DNA of 64,000 bases from Eledone cirrhosa (taxonomy: Eukaryota). The notes beneath the pieces are model-generated. The model searched no databases. It was not told the origin of the DNA and saw only the letters and a program-made list of their open reading frames with translations. Location: contig OZ024753.1 of the NCBI GenBank assembly GCA_964016885.1, forward strand, positions 11,904,001-11,968,000, given 5' to 3'. Position 1 is the first letter of the stretch; each line of letters opens with the position of its first letter. Positions 30,736 to 46,360 of this stretch are shown one piece after another. Made by a program: the position numbers and the translations under genes.

Positions 30736-31216
30736 ATGTATATATAGTGTATTTTGCAATACACTGTATGCTTAATTAAAAGCATTTCGAAGACCTGTTT
30801 GCTGAAATTAAAGTAATCCAAAATATGGGTTACAATAAACACAACGTAAATAGAAAAAACAAACACAGAAATTATAATACAAGATGCAATTCAGAGTTAC
30901 GTTGTACCAACAAGTTCAGAGATTATTATACAAAAGTATACAAGTGTTTCCCATATATCTATCAGGATTATAGTATTTGCAATTTCAAAGTACATGATAC
31001 GGATTATAGGATGGCCAACATGAAATCCAAAGCAAATAGAGATCTCCTGCCTGTGAAGTAATCCTTGTTAGGGGCTCTTAATCACGTTCAATCTTCTGGA
31101 TGTTAGGTGATCAATGTTTTGTGAATACAAAAGAAACACATAAGATAAGAAAATAGGAAAAACCAGATATTCAAGCGTTCTGTGTAGGTTAGTGTTTTTT
31201 GTCAAGTCACTCTTGA

Positions 31217-31390
31217 GTGCTATGGTAGCATGTAACCCAGTACAACCTGTCGCAAGTTCGGGTCGTCGGCGACTAAACCAGCAACACCAAGTTTACTTGG
31301 CGAGGAGGGTCATTTTTGACACCATGCAGGACAAAAAACAAAAGCTGACACAGGGCGGAAGAACTCACAAGAGTGAACGGCCATCTAAAA
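31217..31390 (+). mobile_element. Diverged 5' part of the RTE-derived ~600-bp family
   Basis: CCCAGTACAACCTGTC..CGGGTCGTCGGCGACTAAAC..CTTGGCGAGGAGGGT matches 2148-2226. Confidence 0.75.
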
Positions 31391-32209
31391 ACAAAACAAA
31401 AAAAAAAACATCCTGCCAATTCCTTGGGTGGCAGTAGTTCCAGCTGCACGCATCTAAAGACTGGTGTAGTGGTTCTGAGAACAATGCGGCTTTACAGATG
31501 CTCAATGCAAATTGACAATGGAAAGGGCCTCCCGCTCGAATTTTAAGAGAACTATTGACCTTCAGGAGAAGCAGCGACTCCCGATTGTGTTTAGCAACCG
31601 AAATAAATATGGAGTACACCAAATCCAATGCTCCTCGGGCGGACCAGGTTCTTCTTATTTTCGAGTAAACTCGGCCAGATTAGATTAGATAGTGTTAAAA
31701 GTGTTCAATACTTCACGTAGATTTTCTTGGGTTTGGGAGCGTACATCAATTTTATTAGCACTTTCAAATGTATCATAGTTATGGATGTAGTAGTCGTATC
31801 GTTCTGCATTGCATTGTGAACTTTATAAAATACGCACAATTTATTGTCGATTCTGTTTCTCATTTTGCTGAATTTCAAATATGGTAAAATAAGGTTAAAT
31901 TTTCATCGTTGCAAATAATCTTCATTGATTTTTGCTGAAATAGTATTAAACTTCAACATTATGCATTTCTTCTACTTACAAAATATTTCTCTTCAATATT
32001 CTTTATCAGGCCGCATAATATCCTTTGCGGATGTGTGGAAATTCTGGTTGATTTTTTTGCATTTGTATAGAAGGATATTTTAGTGCGCTTACTCTTTGCT
32101 TTAATTGTTTTTAATGTTATGTCGTACTATCACGAAGTGATAATTAAATTATGTAGTATATCGAAGAATTCAAGAACGAATCTAAAAATTCACCAGCCAA
32201 TTATAATGG

Positions 32210-32242
<33 letters not shown>

Positions 32243-32539
32243 AAAAACTATGTGAACGTGAAATGTCAAAAAGCTTTACATACGTCAAACTATCAAACAA
32301 GAGTAAAACGGATATGAAAGAAAGTAAGATAAAGAAGTAAGTATACACTGAGGTATAACATTATTAGAAGTGCTTTTCAGTGTCACAATACAATAAACCG
32401 ATTGGCAGTGAACAAAATAACAAAATCTTATTATTGCAAAAATGCGTGTTTGTTTATTTGGCGCTGTGTGTCGATGGATATTTACATACGAGGTCTGTCA
32501 AAGAAGTATTCGCATAAAAATAGGAAATATATAATATAT

Positions 32540-32700
32540 ATTTGTTTTGCAACGTTTTTTATATGAAATCGTGTGTCGAAACAAATGTTGTTATACTTGG
32601 GGAGGGTCATATTTTTGTAATAATATTGCCAGAAATAATTACAGAACACACTCAGTATTTGTTTAGTTTTCGCTTCTGTACCTTTTATATCTACATAGTT
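32540..32700 (+). repeat. Dispersed repeat (family C), homologous to the reverse complement of 53520-53680
   Basis: Shared ATATGAAATCGTGTGTCGAAAC..TTGTTATACTTGGGGAGGGTCATATTT; preceded by a mariner-like TIR start TA-CGAGGTCTGTCAAA at 32487. Confidence 0.75.
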
Positions 32701-32794
32701 AATTCATTTGGCCATCAGTTTATCATTGACTGACCAACGGTTAAAAATACAGATATAAATATATATATAGTCTAACAAAGTTCTTTCGTTTCAC

Positions 32795-33392
32795 ATCTGC
32801 AATATCATGAGTGGTACTATTATCATGTTTCCTCCAGCTATTCCATGATTTGCTCCTGTATAATGGGTAAATTCCTTTCATGTCCAGTTCTATGAGGATC
32901 TTATACTTCTCCGTCGCTCCTTTGTATACTCTGATTCTGTCTCTTTGGTTGTAGCCAGAGAACTGCATGCAGTTGATGAAATGTTGGATGAGTCTTTCCA
33001 TTTCTGTTGGGTCGCACAGGCGGGGCACTTTCTTCATCACTCGTACCAAGTTCGCGATCAGAATATTAAACTTAGCACTATTGGAAATTGCTCACTTTTT
33101 GAGGTATCAGGTATTTGGAGGCCATGGGTTTAGCATAGTGTGAGTGGATAATTTGGGCCCTCTCGTCTATAGTGTTAATCCAGAGTTCTGTGTCTAATAC
33201 AGATAGTCTATTGTGAGGGTGTTTCGAAGGGTAGTCAGCAGATAGCTAACTCCATACACCAGAGTATAACTATCTGCTGGAGGCTTTCCATTGTGCTATA
33301 TTGTAAATCATGTTCATTAGTACTCTCTTGTGGAGGTGTTATTATTACTATATTAATATCGTCTACGTAACGAGAGTTACATCTTAGAGTAA
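32795..33392 (-). pseudogene. Penelope-like reverse transcriptase fragment (Naiad/Chlamys-type), frameshifted
   Basis: Minus translation SRYVDDINI (~33350-33376), ADYPSKH..RLSVLDTELW...HSHYAKPMASKYLI, frameshift, ILIANLVRVM...MQFSGY..R...G.YPLYRSKSW. Confidence 0.8.
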
Positions 33393-33404
33393 TAAACATA
33401 CGTT

Positions 33405-33531
33405 AAATAGCGTGAACATCTGAAAACTGAGGTTAAGGGGACAAAGACACCGAATTCACCACAACAACGAAAGTACAATTAGGTTAAATAACAATTAGTG
33501 GCTGAGTCCCATCATTATATATATATATATA

Positions 33532-33573
<42 letters not shown>

Positions 33574-33717
33574 GATGTGGCTTAGCTGCTAATTCTCTTC
33601 TAAATATACCCATTGCGTCAATACACAACACAGCCCAATGAATATATCAGAGCTTGAAGCACGATCGCGGTCACTTACTCAGTCGCAGTCCACATAAACG
33701 AGAATCTTTCGGTTGAA
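33405..33717. repeat. Two related short repeats tail-to-tail around a (TA)n tract
   Basis: AATTAGTGGCTGAGTCCCATCATTA (33492-33516, +) versus AATTAGCAGCTAAGCCACATCATTA (minus of 33570-33594). Confidence 0.6.
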
Positions 33718-34309
33718 TCATCATCATCATCATATATAGAAACAACCACAAGTTAGTAACAGTCGTAGCGAGCAAGGCAAATAAGTAAAATACTTTTATT
33801 TTCCAAGAAACATTACATCAACTGTGACATATATGTCATAGCTTTGTTATGATGTTGCCGCCAGTTTTGTAACTACAACAGATCTATGATGCTTTTCAAA
33901 TTATCACAGAATTATCACCTCCACAGATGGAGATAAGATTGTGGTTGCCATGATTTCCATCAGGTCATCTCCAGCCAGGTCATCTCCAGCAAGGTCAGAA
34001 AATATATAAATTATTATGCTTACCAATAATTTAGTTGGAGATACTGTAAGAATTTATCACTTATTTTGTATGCAACATGGCAGTGAAGTTATTTATCCAG
34101 AGGTCGGGTAATCACAGATAGGGGCACAAACGATGTATTACTTAAGAGAAAGTGTTTCAAGTACAGACAAAATGTCTAGGAAACACTTTGATGGATTTGT
34201 TAATGTTAATAAAACACACTGCTAGGACCATATAAGGAATTATGTTAAGAAAAACTAGCGTGAGATGAACGATGGAAGTTTCATGTTTACAATGCAACAC
34301 GTTCCGATG

Positions 34310-34471
34310 CATACGTGTATATATATATATATATTTATATATGTGTGTGTGTGTATATATATTTGTATGTATGTGTGTTGGTGTGTCTATGTAGATATGT
34401 GTATATATATCTGTGTGTATATATGTGTGTATATATGTGTGTATATATGTGTGTATATATATGTGTATATA

Positions 34472-34503
<32 letters not shown>

Positions 34504-35277
34504 GGTGTATATATATAGGTGTATATATATGTGTATATATATGTATGTGTATATGTATATATATATATATGTGTATATGTATATATATATATATGTGTAT
34601 ATGTATATATATATATGTGTATATGTATATATATATATATGTGTATATGTATATATATATATATGTGTATATGTATATATATATATATGTGTATATGTAT
34701 ATATATATATGTGTATATGTATATATATATATGTGTATATGTATATATATATGTGTATATGTATATATGTATATATGTGTATATGTATATATGTATATAT
34801 GTGTATATGTATATATATATATGTGTATATGTATATATATATATGTGTATATGTATATATATATATGTGTATATGTATATATGTGTATATGTATATATGT
34901 GTATATGTATATATATATATGTGTATATATATATATGTGTATGTATATATATATGTGTATGTATATATATATGTGTATGTATATATATATGTGTATGTAT
35001 ATATATATGTGTATATATATATATATGTGTATATATATATATATGTGTATATATATGTGTATATATATATATATGTGTATATATATATATATGTGTATAT
35101 ATATATGTGTATATATATATATATATGTGTATATATATATATATGTGTGTATATATATATGTGTATATATATATATATGTGTATATATATATATATATGT
35201 GTATATATATATATATGTGTATATATATATATATATGTGTATATATATATATATATGTGTATATATATATATATGTG

Positions 35278-35310
<33 letters not shown>

Positions 35311-35492
35311 GTGTATATATATATATGTGTGTATATATATATATGAGTATATATATGTGTATATATATATATGTGTGTGTATATATATATATATGTGTGT
35401 ATATATATATACACACATATAAAGGGCGGTGCCCCAGCATGGCCTCAGCCGGATGGCTGAAACAGGTAAAAGAATATGTGTGTATATATATA

Positions 35493-35525
<33 letters not shown>

Positions 35526-35928
35526 GTGTGTATATATATATATATGTGTATATATATATATGTGTGTATATATATATATATGTGTATATATATATATATG
35601 TGTATATATATATATATATGTGTATATATATATATATATATGTGTATATATATATATGTGTATATATATATATATATGTGTATATATATATATATATATG
35701 TGTGTATATATATATATGTGTATATATATATATATGTGTATATATATATATATGTGTATATATATATATATGTGTATATATATATATATGTGTATATATA
35801 TATATATGTGTATATATATATATATATGTGTGTATATATATATGTGTATATATATATATATATATGTGTGTATATATATATGTGTATATATATATATATA
35901 TGTGTATATATATATATATTTATGTGTG

Positions 35929-35984
<56 letters not shown>

Positions 35985-36830
35985 TGTGTATATATATATA
36001 TATATATGTGTATATATATATATATATATATGTGTATATATATATATATATATATGTGTATATATATATATATATATATGTGTATATATATATATATATA
36101 TATGTGTATATATATATATATATATATGTGTATATATATATATATATATATGTGTATATATATATATATATATATGTGTATATATATATATACGTGTATA
36201 TATATATATATACGTGTATATATATATATATAAGTGTATATATATATATATATGTGTATATATATATATATATGTGTATATATATATATATATATATGTG
36301 TATATATATATGTGTATATATATATATATATGTGTATATATATATATATATGTGTATATATATATGTGTGTATTTATGTGTATATATATATACATGTGTA
36401 TATATATATACATGTGTATTTATGTGTATATTTATGTGTATATATACATATATATGTTTATTTATGTGTATATATATATGTGTATATATATGTGTATATA
36501 TATGTATTTATATATGTATATATATATATGTGTGTGTGTGTGTATATATATGCATATACGTGTATATATGTATATATATGTGTGTGTATATATATGCATA
36601 TACGTGTATATATATATATGTGTGTGTATATATATGTATATACGTGTATATATATATATATGTGTGTGTATATATATGTATATACGTGTATATATATATA
36701 TGTGTGTGTGTGTGTATATATATGTATATATACACGTGTGTATATACATGTATATACACGTGTGTGTATGTGTGTATATATATATATGTATGGGTATATG
36801 CGTATAAATACACGTGTGTTTGTATGTGTG
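34310..36830. repeat. (TA)nTGTG microsatellite, interrupted at 35421-35475 by a short SINE-like 3' tip
   Basis: Direct reading; island AAGGGCGGTGCCCCAGCATGGCCTCAGCCGGATGGCTGAAACAGGTAAAAG. Confidence 0.9.
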
Positions 36831-37030
36831 CTTGTAAATATATTTTTATAACAAATGATGTTAACAAGGAATAGGACGATGATGTTGGAGTATCGTCTGT
36901 TGATTTACAAATGTTCTTTTGTCACTCTCCACGTCAGAAATGGAAGGATTTGCGTTTGACCGACTGGAGACATGGAACTAACAACGCCACTGCTACGAGA
37001 ATGGGATGTGAGATTACAAATATATATATG

Positions 37031-37077
<47 letters not shown>

Positions 37078-37467
37078 GTGTATGTGTGTATGTATGTATG
37101 TATGTATGTTCTCTGGTTTTATAATTTCACACTTTTTTACCAATAGAGAGAGTCGGTTTCTAACATAGACACAAGACTCTCTCACTGGAATTTACACATC
37201 AACTTGTTAGATTATGTATGCATATCTGCATGTGTAGATACGGATGTTATTGTATGTGTGGATGCGTATGTTTTGAATTGTATCTGTACATGTGTATATG
37301 CAGTTATTAGATGCAACATTTTTGGAATGTTTTATATATTTTTACTGTTCCATTAATGGATTCTACTTGTAATCTCCTAATTAGTTGTTCTTTCTGTGCC
37401 TGTGAAGCCCAGTTTCTCAAGATTTGTATTGAGGCAGTTACTAACATACCCCAGTGTCCCAATAATC

Positions 37468-38536
37468 ATATATATGTATGTATGTATATATATGTATGTA
37501 TATATACGTATATGTCTGTATGTATGTGTATATATGTATGTATATATACATATCTCTCTATGTATGTATATGTGTATATGTGTATGTATGTATGTATATA
37601 TGCCTGTATATATGTATGTATATATATATGTATGTGTATGTATGTATGTATGTATGTATATGTATATATGTATGTATATGTATATATGTATGTGTATATA
37701 TATATACGTGTATGTATATGTATATATGTATGTGTATATATATACGTGTATGTATATATGTATGTATATTTATATATGTATATGTATGTATATTTATATA
37801 TGTATATGTATGTATATTTATATATGTATATGTATGCATATTTATATATGTATATGTATGTATATTTATATATGTATATGTATGTATATTTATATATGTA
37901 TAAGTATGTACATATATACGTATATGTATGTATATGTATATATATATGTGTGTGTATATATGTATGTATATATGTATATGCATGTATATACACATGTATA
38001 CATATATATATATATACATTCATACATATATACATTCATAGATATATATACGTATATATACATATATACATATACATATATATATATATAAATATATACA
38101 CATATATAGATACATACCTATATACATTCATACATATATATTTATACACATATATATATACATATATATATACATACATATATATATATACATATATATA
38201 TACATACATATATATATATACATATATATACATACATATATATATATACATACACATATATATATACATACATACATATATATATATACATACATACATA
38301 CATATATATATATACATACATACATATAGTTATATATATATTTATATATGTATGTATATACCACATATATTCATATACACATACATACATAGATATATAC
38401 ATATATATATATATACATTTATATACATATATATACATTTATATACATATATATATATACATTTATATATATATATATATGCATTTATATATATATATAT
38501 ATATACCTTTATATACATATATATACATTTATATAC

Positions 38537-38567
<31 letters not shown>

Positions 38568-38572
38568 CATTC

Positions 38573-38604
<32 letters not shown>

Positions 38605-39000
38605 ATTCATATATATATGTATATATGTTTATAAATATGTGTATGTATGTGTATAAATATGTGTATGTATGTGTGTATATATGTGTATGTATATATGTGT
38701 ATGTGTATATATATATGTACATATGTATATATGCGTATATGTATATATGCGTATATGTATATATGTGTATGTACATATGTATATATACGTGTATGTGTAT
38801 GTACATATGTATATGTGTATGTACATATGTATATATATATATGTATGTATATATGTGTATATGTATGTGTTTGTATATATGTGTGTGTGTGTGTGTATGT
38901 GTGTGCGTATGTATGTATGTGTATGTGTGTGCGTATGTATGTATGTGTATGTGTGTGCGTATGTATGTATGTGTGTGTATGTACACGTATGTATGTATAT
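37468..39000. repeat. Compound TA/TG/CA microsatellite with an internal polarity switch
   Basis: TG-type 37468-37980, CA-type ~37990-38610, TG-type ~38620-39000. Confidence 0.9.
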
Positions 39001-39873
39001 AAACATAATATTACCATACCAATAGACAAGCGCTTTAATGTCAAACATCTTTTGTGTTCAGGCATTTGATTTTAAAGAAAGGAAATGTTTTCTTTCCTTA
39101 AAACAAGATTTCATTCACTTATTTTCTTCATTATTTCCATTCATAACATTACACTCTGTTTTATCCCTAGCTTTCAGCATTCAACAGTCTGTTTCTAGTC
39201 TTTTTTACATCTTCACTTTATACATTTTCGAATTCTACTTATTCCGTCGCCTTTTCGTTCGTTTCTTTCTCACATTAATTCGTCTGACATTCGTTTCTTT
39301 TTTTACATTTACCCAATAGCTTTATTTATTTTTTTTTTCGATCTTTCATTTTTCTTGACTTTCTTCCTTTGTGTTTCTCTTTCCCCCTATTTATTTCATT
39401 TTCTGTTTGTTTCCATCGCCCCTATACTTATATTCTTCTTTATTTGCCATTCCTACGCATCTTTTTTCTTCGTTTGTTTGTCTGTTGCCTCAATACTTTC
39501 TCCTTCCATTCCGCAATTTCCTTGCTATCTTTCTCAAATGCTATTTTTCTCATTTGATTGTATTTCCTTTTAACATTGCTACTATTTCACACTATATTTG
39601 CGTGACCCATGAAAATTCTACCTTCTATAATTTGTTTCTCTTTTGATTCATAAATTTATAGTTCTTTGTATCATTTTCTCAATATCTGAAATATTTTAGA
39701 TACAGCTTTGATTTCGTTTCATCGTTACGCTTGTTTAAAGCGTAACGTTTCAGATTTTCTATTATTTTAAACAACTTCGATTGCATATTAGATTTCGTTG
39801 CACAGATAACGATATTAAAACACAAGACTGCTCTTGCCAGGGGACAGCAGAATATAACTACAATTTATTGGCA

Positions 39874-40366
39874 AGGGTGGTCGATTGACAGTATCGGTAG
39901 AGTGTCACACACCATGCATTGTAGCATAGTTATGACCCTTTACTTTCTGAGTTCAAATCCCGCCGAGGTTACTTTTGCCTTTCATCCTTACGGAGAGGAT
40001 AAAATAAAGTACCAGTAATTCACTGGTTTCATTGCTGGCTTTGTGTCAAAAGTACCAGTAATTCACTGAGTTGATTGCTGGCCTTGTGTCAAAAGTACCA
40101 GTAATTCACTGCTTTGATTGCTGGCCTTGTGCCAAAAGTACCAGTAATTCACTGCTTTGATTGCTGGCTTTGTGCCAAAAGTACCAGTAATTCACTGAGT
40201 TGATTGCTGGCCTTGTGCCAAAAGTACCAGTAATTCACTGAGTTGATTGCTGGCTTTGTGTCAAAAGTACCAGTAATTCACTGAGTTGAATGCTGGCCTT
40301 GTGCCAAAAGTACCAGTAATTCACTGAGTTGATTGCTGGCCTTGTGCCAAAAGTAGAAACAATTAT
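39874..40366 (+). mobile_element. SINE family 1 with its 3' 43-bp segment tandemly amplified 8 times (40005-40348)
   Basis: Unit AAAAGTACCAGTAATTCACTGAGTTGATTGCTGGCCTTGTGCC; a second, 5'-truncated SINE follows at 40372-40533. Confidence 0.9.
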
Positions 40367-41320
40367 TAACGAGTCGGGCCATATGCTTTGCAGCATAGGG
40401 TTACGTCCATTTACGGTCTGAGTTCATATACCGCCGAGTTTAACTTTGCCTCTCATCCTTACAGGGTCGACGAAATAAAGTACCAGTAATGTACTGTGTA
40501 ATTGCTGGCCTTGTGCCAAAAGTAGAAACGATTATTATTATCGTCGTTTTCTCCTTTCCTTCTTTTTCTTCTTGTTCTTCTTTCTCTTTTTCTTTTTTCA
40601 TTCTTTTTTTTTTCTTTCTTTTTTCTTTTTTCTTTTTTCTTTTTTCTCTTTTCTCTTTTCTCTTTTCTCTTTACTCTTTTCTCTTTTTTCTTTTTTCTTT
40701 TTTCTTTTTTCTTTTTTCTCCGTTTTCTTTTTCTTTCCTTTTCTTTGTTTTTCTCTTACTTTTTCTTGCTTGTTTTCCTATTTTGAAAAAAAAGAAAGAC
40801 AAAAAATAACAACCTTCTGTTTGAACTTATTAATGTGTTGTGAATAAACCAATCGGGATCTTGTGAAGCCATTTTATGGGTAATATTTCCATTAAAAAGG
40901 GATGAATGCTCGTCTTTTGCTACGGCAAAAACATGCCGAGGAGGATTTTCAAAGGATAAAGGAATTAAGGGTATTATTTCGATAGATAAAGCCTACCAAT
41001 ACCGGATCAAATTCCTTGGATGTGTGGCTATTGAGAACAATCTATGGTTGAGCTATTCAGAAGAAAGCAACTAGAGCAGTATCAATAAGTCTTAGAGAAA
41101 TAGCAATAGTTATAAATGGATTCGGGAATGCGCTAGTGAGCAATTTAGAAGAGACAACCAGGAAAATTGCGTACGTTACGTTGAGAATATCCTGTAGGAA
41201 ATAAATACGTATTTTCTCTCTTAATGTTTTGAGAACTCTACGTAAGGGTAGTTCTTTTGACTCCTATTTGGTAAACCATTCGTAATTATATGCATTTATA
41301 TATATATATATATATATACT

Positions 41321-41485
41321 AAGAAAGGAACGATCAACTTCCATTGGTCTTTCCAATTGTTAATACTATCTATCGGTCGTAACTCCAGGTAGGAGCAACC
41401 TGAACTAAAGTGTCTTGCTCAAGGACATAACGCATTGCCCGGTCCCTCTAACCATTCAATCACGGACCTGTACGACTACGCGCGC
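41321..41485 (-). mobile_element. tRNA-derived SINE family 2 (degenerate)
   Basis: Reverse complement matches 51185-51368 (GCGTTATGTCCTT..GCAAG.CAC, GTTGCTCCT, CGACCGATAG, AATTGGAAAGAC). Confidence 0.75.
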
Positions 41486-41585
41486 GCGGGCCCACACACA
41501 CACAGGCACAGACACAGTGGACTGGACATGTTTTAATGAATACTTAACTTCGATCCTATACAAGCAATGGGATACAAAATGCAAG

Positions 41586-41887
41586 CCCTGATCATTTCCT
41601 TCGAATGAAACAGTTCTAGCCTAGTAGAAGCCATTTCCATATTAAATATTGTATATACTCTACTATGCATTGAGTACCTTAATCAAACAAAGAAGGTATG
41701 GTAAGAAACCAGGTCGACCATAACGCACCAGAGTAATTAAGACTTAGGGTAGTAGAGTGGGTAATGGGAAAAGAGTCAGGACCCCGACGGCTGAGCTCCG
41801 GCCGTTTCGACAGCTAAATCCGAACTCAAGTTCGGATCTAGCTGTCGAAACTGCCAGAGCTCAGCCGTCCGGGTCTCGACTCTTCCT
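41586..41887. mobile_element. Family A pLTR-like piece (+, 41586-41683, core decayed to CTGATCA) tail-to-tail with a family B fold-back element (41686-41887)
   Basis: Homology to 24140-24235 and 23883-24080; inverted arms 41771-41826 / 41829-41884 with a few mismatches. Confidence 0.8.
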
Positions 41888-42029
41888 ATATATATGTATA
41901 TATATATTTATATATTAAGTCAATTGAACGAAAATGTCGTGTCTGCTGAATTGCAGGCATGGTTCATATCGGCTGTAATGAACGCTCCAGAACAAGTTCC
42001 GTGCTGTTAAGAATACAAATCCTAGAGCG

Positions 42030-42310
42030 ATTGACATATATAGGAACATATGAAACTATACAGAGGAGATAATTTGTAAATAAATGTAAAAATATATCAA
42101 CTAGAAATGAGCAGTAGACAGTTTAACAAAAACATAATCGAACTGTGCACCCAGAAGACTAAATAATTATTTGACTCTCTCTCGAGTCTAAAACAATTAT
42201 AGATATATTCTTACATTTATTTACAAATTATCTCCTGTGTATTGTTTTATATATTGCTATATATGTCATTTGCACATGGATATTGCTATATATGTCATTT
42301 GCACATATTG
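42030..42310 (+). mobile_element. Older fold-back element related to 25148-25420
   Basis: Diverged inverted arms ~42033-42098 / ~42203-42268, ~100-nt spacer, 27-bp tandem duplication in the tail. Confidence 0.65.
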
Positions 42311-42458
42311 TATATATATAATATATCTGGCTCAATGTGACTGGTTTTCAGCGCACGAGTGAAAAGAAGAAATATACAGATATACATACATATATATCTA
42401 AAGACATATTTTCCAATTCCAACCAGCCCCCAATCTATCTTATTTCTTATTCTTTATT

Positions 42459-42493
42459 CTGATGAAAGATTAGCGGAGTCCGAAACATTAAGA
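42459..42493 (+). ncRNA. Degenerate hammerhead core
   Basis: CTGATGA-AA-GATT-AGCGG-AGTC-C-GAAAC-ATTA; stems I and III poorly formed. Confidence 0.45.
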
Positions 42494-43289
42494 CCCTCTT
42501 CCTGCTATTTCAAGCGTTAACGTAATATCTTCCCTCCATATTCTGTATCGATTGTGTTATTATTTCTGTTTACCTTTTTCATATATATATATCAGAGAGA
42601 AGAGTATGTGGTTGTTGGTTTGTGCCTATTCTTGACCCATCAGAGACTAGACAAGACAACATCATCTACAACATCTTGATATCATAGTAATAAGAGGTAA
42701 ACTATAGCAGAGACTATAGTGGAATCATGCGAGCTCTGCCAAGATAGATCTATGCAGATTCACACGCGCACACATACACACACAGAGATACACACACAGA
42801 AATACACACACATACTCACATGCATACACATATACAGACCCCCCCCCCACACACACACGCACACAGATACACACACATACACATATACACATGTACAATT
42901 AGAAACATATATTCACGAATTCATGCACAATATATTTCAGTCACAAACGCTGATTGCAAAGGTAGGTGTAGCCGAACCGAGGAAGAATTGAAATAAAATC
43001 AATATTAGAATTTTGAATCTAGCAAAAAAAAGAAAAAGAGAAACATATGTTAGATATAGAAGCTTATTGTATTAAAATGATTTGAGAGGAAAACGAAATT
43101 CAGGTTAACAGGATGTTAATGGTCTTGTGTTTGAGAAAATCGATTGCTTCTAAGAAAACAAACGAAGAATGCATGGATTAGTTCAGTTCAGCCCATTTTC
43201 TTAATCCTCTTTAAAACTTTGAATTTTAGCTTAACATATATAGCATTCAATTATTTCTCCATATTCATATATATATATATATATATATA

Positions 43290-44945
<1,656 letters not shown>

Positions 44946-45375
44946 ATGGCCATCCAAAATAACCGAGAGAGATGACCCCTTAGCCTTTGTCAAGGCAGAA
45001 TTCTAGGGGAAGGAAAACTCTGATATAACACCAGCAGCCCTGATGGTATCCAATGATGTTGACTTGTTCTTCTTTTTGGTAAATATCATCTTGGTTAAGA
45101 GAGTGGGACTGGCTTTGTGCAGTGCCTTTGCTCACTATAAAAGCTTCACAGCACAGGCATTGCTTTGTATCTGGAGATCTCTCTGCACTTGTCGTCACAT
45201 GGTACCATGGGCCCAGCACTATGTGTCAATAATTGTCACAAGTGTAGTGTTTGTACCAGAGTTTTCAAGTCGCTGGCTGGACTAAAAAGTCGCACTCGTT
45301 CAGCGCATCGGTAGGATTTCTCATACATGGATATAAAGTAGTGGCCGTACTCGAAAACGAGTTGGCAGCTACCAT
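44946..45375 (+). mobile_element. Non-autonomous bipartite RTE derivative, 5'-truncated copy 4
   Basis: Matches 11485-11883; ends GGCAGCTACCAT + GTATGTATG. Confidence 0.85.
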
Positions 45376-45433
45376 GTATGTATGTGTGCGTGTATATCTA
45401 TGTACATATATATCAGAGATTCATTAAATCAAG

Positions 45434-45618
45434 CGGTGGATTGGCAGTATCGGTAGAGGTTCGGACGCCATGCTTTGACGCATAGAGTTACGGCCCTTGC
45501 CATTCTGAGTTCAAATCCCGCCGAGGTTAACTTTGCCTTTCATCCTTACGGGGTCGATAAAATAAAGTACCAGTAATGTACTGGGTAATTTTCTGGCCTT
45601 GTGCCAATAGTAGAAACA
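45434..45618 (+). mobile_element. SINE family 1 with 11-bp target-site duplication
   Basis: TSD ATTAAATCAAG at 45423-45433 and 45619-45629. Confidence 0.9.
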
Positions 45619-45878
45619 ATTAAATCAAGATAACTGGAGTATATTATGATATATAATATTAATTATTACGAAATGAATTAGTCAACCATTGAAAACGTGT
45701 ACTTCAACATTTGATTTCATTATTTATGGTCTCCAAATTTAGACAACTCTATAACGATTTACAATTTTAAAGACAGCACAAACAACAGAACTGAATTTGT
45801 GAATTCCTACAGATAATTACCTTGATATTTATTGATGAATGTTTAACAATCTTGGTAATATATTTGACGTTTAATAAT

Positions 45879-46360
45879 GGTTTCTTATATAGGCACAAGG
45901 CCAGCAATTTTGGGTGAGGGGAAAGTCGATTAAATCGACCCCAGAGGGGGACTGGTACTTTATTTTATCGAGCCCGTAAGGATGAAAGGCAAAGTAAACC
46001 ACAGCGGGATTTGAACTCGGATCATAAAAGGCCAAAACTCTATGCTGCCAAGAATGGCACCCGACCCTCTACCGGTACTGCCAATCCACCACCCTTTGAC
46101 GTTTAATAATTGTTTCTAAAATTGGCACAAGGGCAGCAATAACCCCTTTGTATTACTGGTACTTTATTTTATCGACCCCGTAATGATGAAAGGCAAAGTT
46201 AACCTCGAATTCAGATCAAAAAGGGCCGTAACACTATGCTGCAACGCATAGCGTCCGACCCTCTACCTATACTCCCAAACCACCGCCCTTTCACGTTTAC
46301 TAATTTGTTCTACTTTAGGCACAAGGCCAGCAATTATCCAGTACATTACTGGTACTTTAT
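45879..46360 (-). mobile_element. Three tandem SINE family 1 copies (45879-46094 long subfamily, 46111-46288, 46305-46360 partial)
   Basis: Each is preceded by TTTGACGTTTAATAAT or a variant. Confidence 0.85.

Noticed and set aside
30760-30800. Minus-strand GTCTTC-GAAATGCTT..AAGCATA as a hammerhead
   Set aside because: Only the 3' half (GAAA, stem III, AUA) is present; CTGANGA is absent, so not called
31405-31680. GC-richer block with 87-aa minus ORF
   Set aside because: Possibly a retroelement remnant, but no motif I can assign with confidence
39826-39862. Helitron-like 3' hairpin CTGCT...AGCAG + AATATAACTA
   Set aside because: Lacks the terminal CTAG and no 5' end is identifiable
40860-41200. 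Possible ancient LINE RT fragment (IKFLG-like)
   Set aside because: Too decayed to support a call
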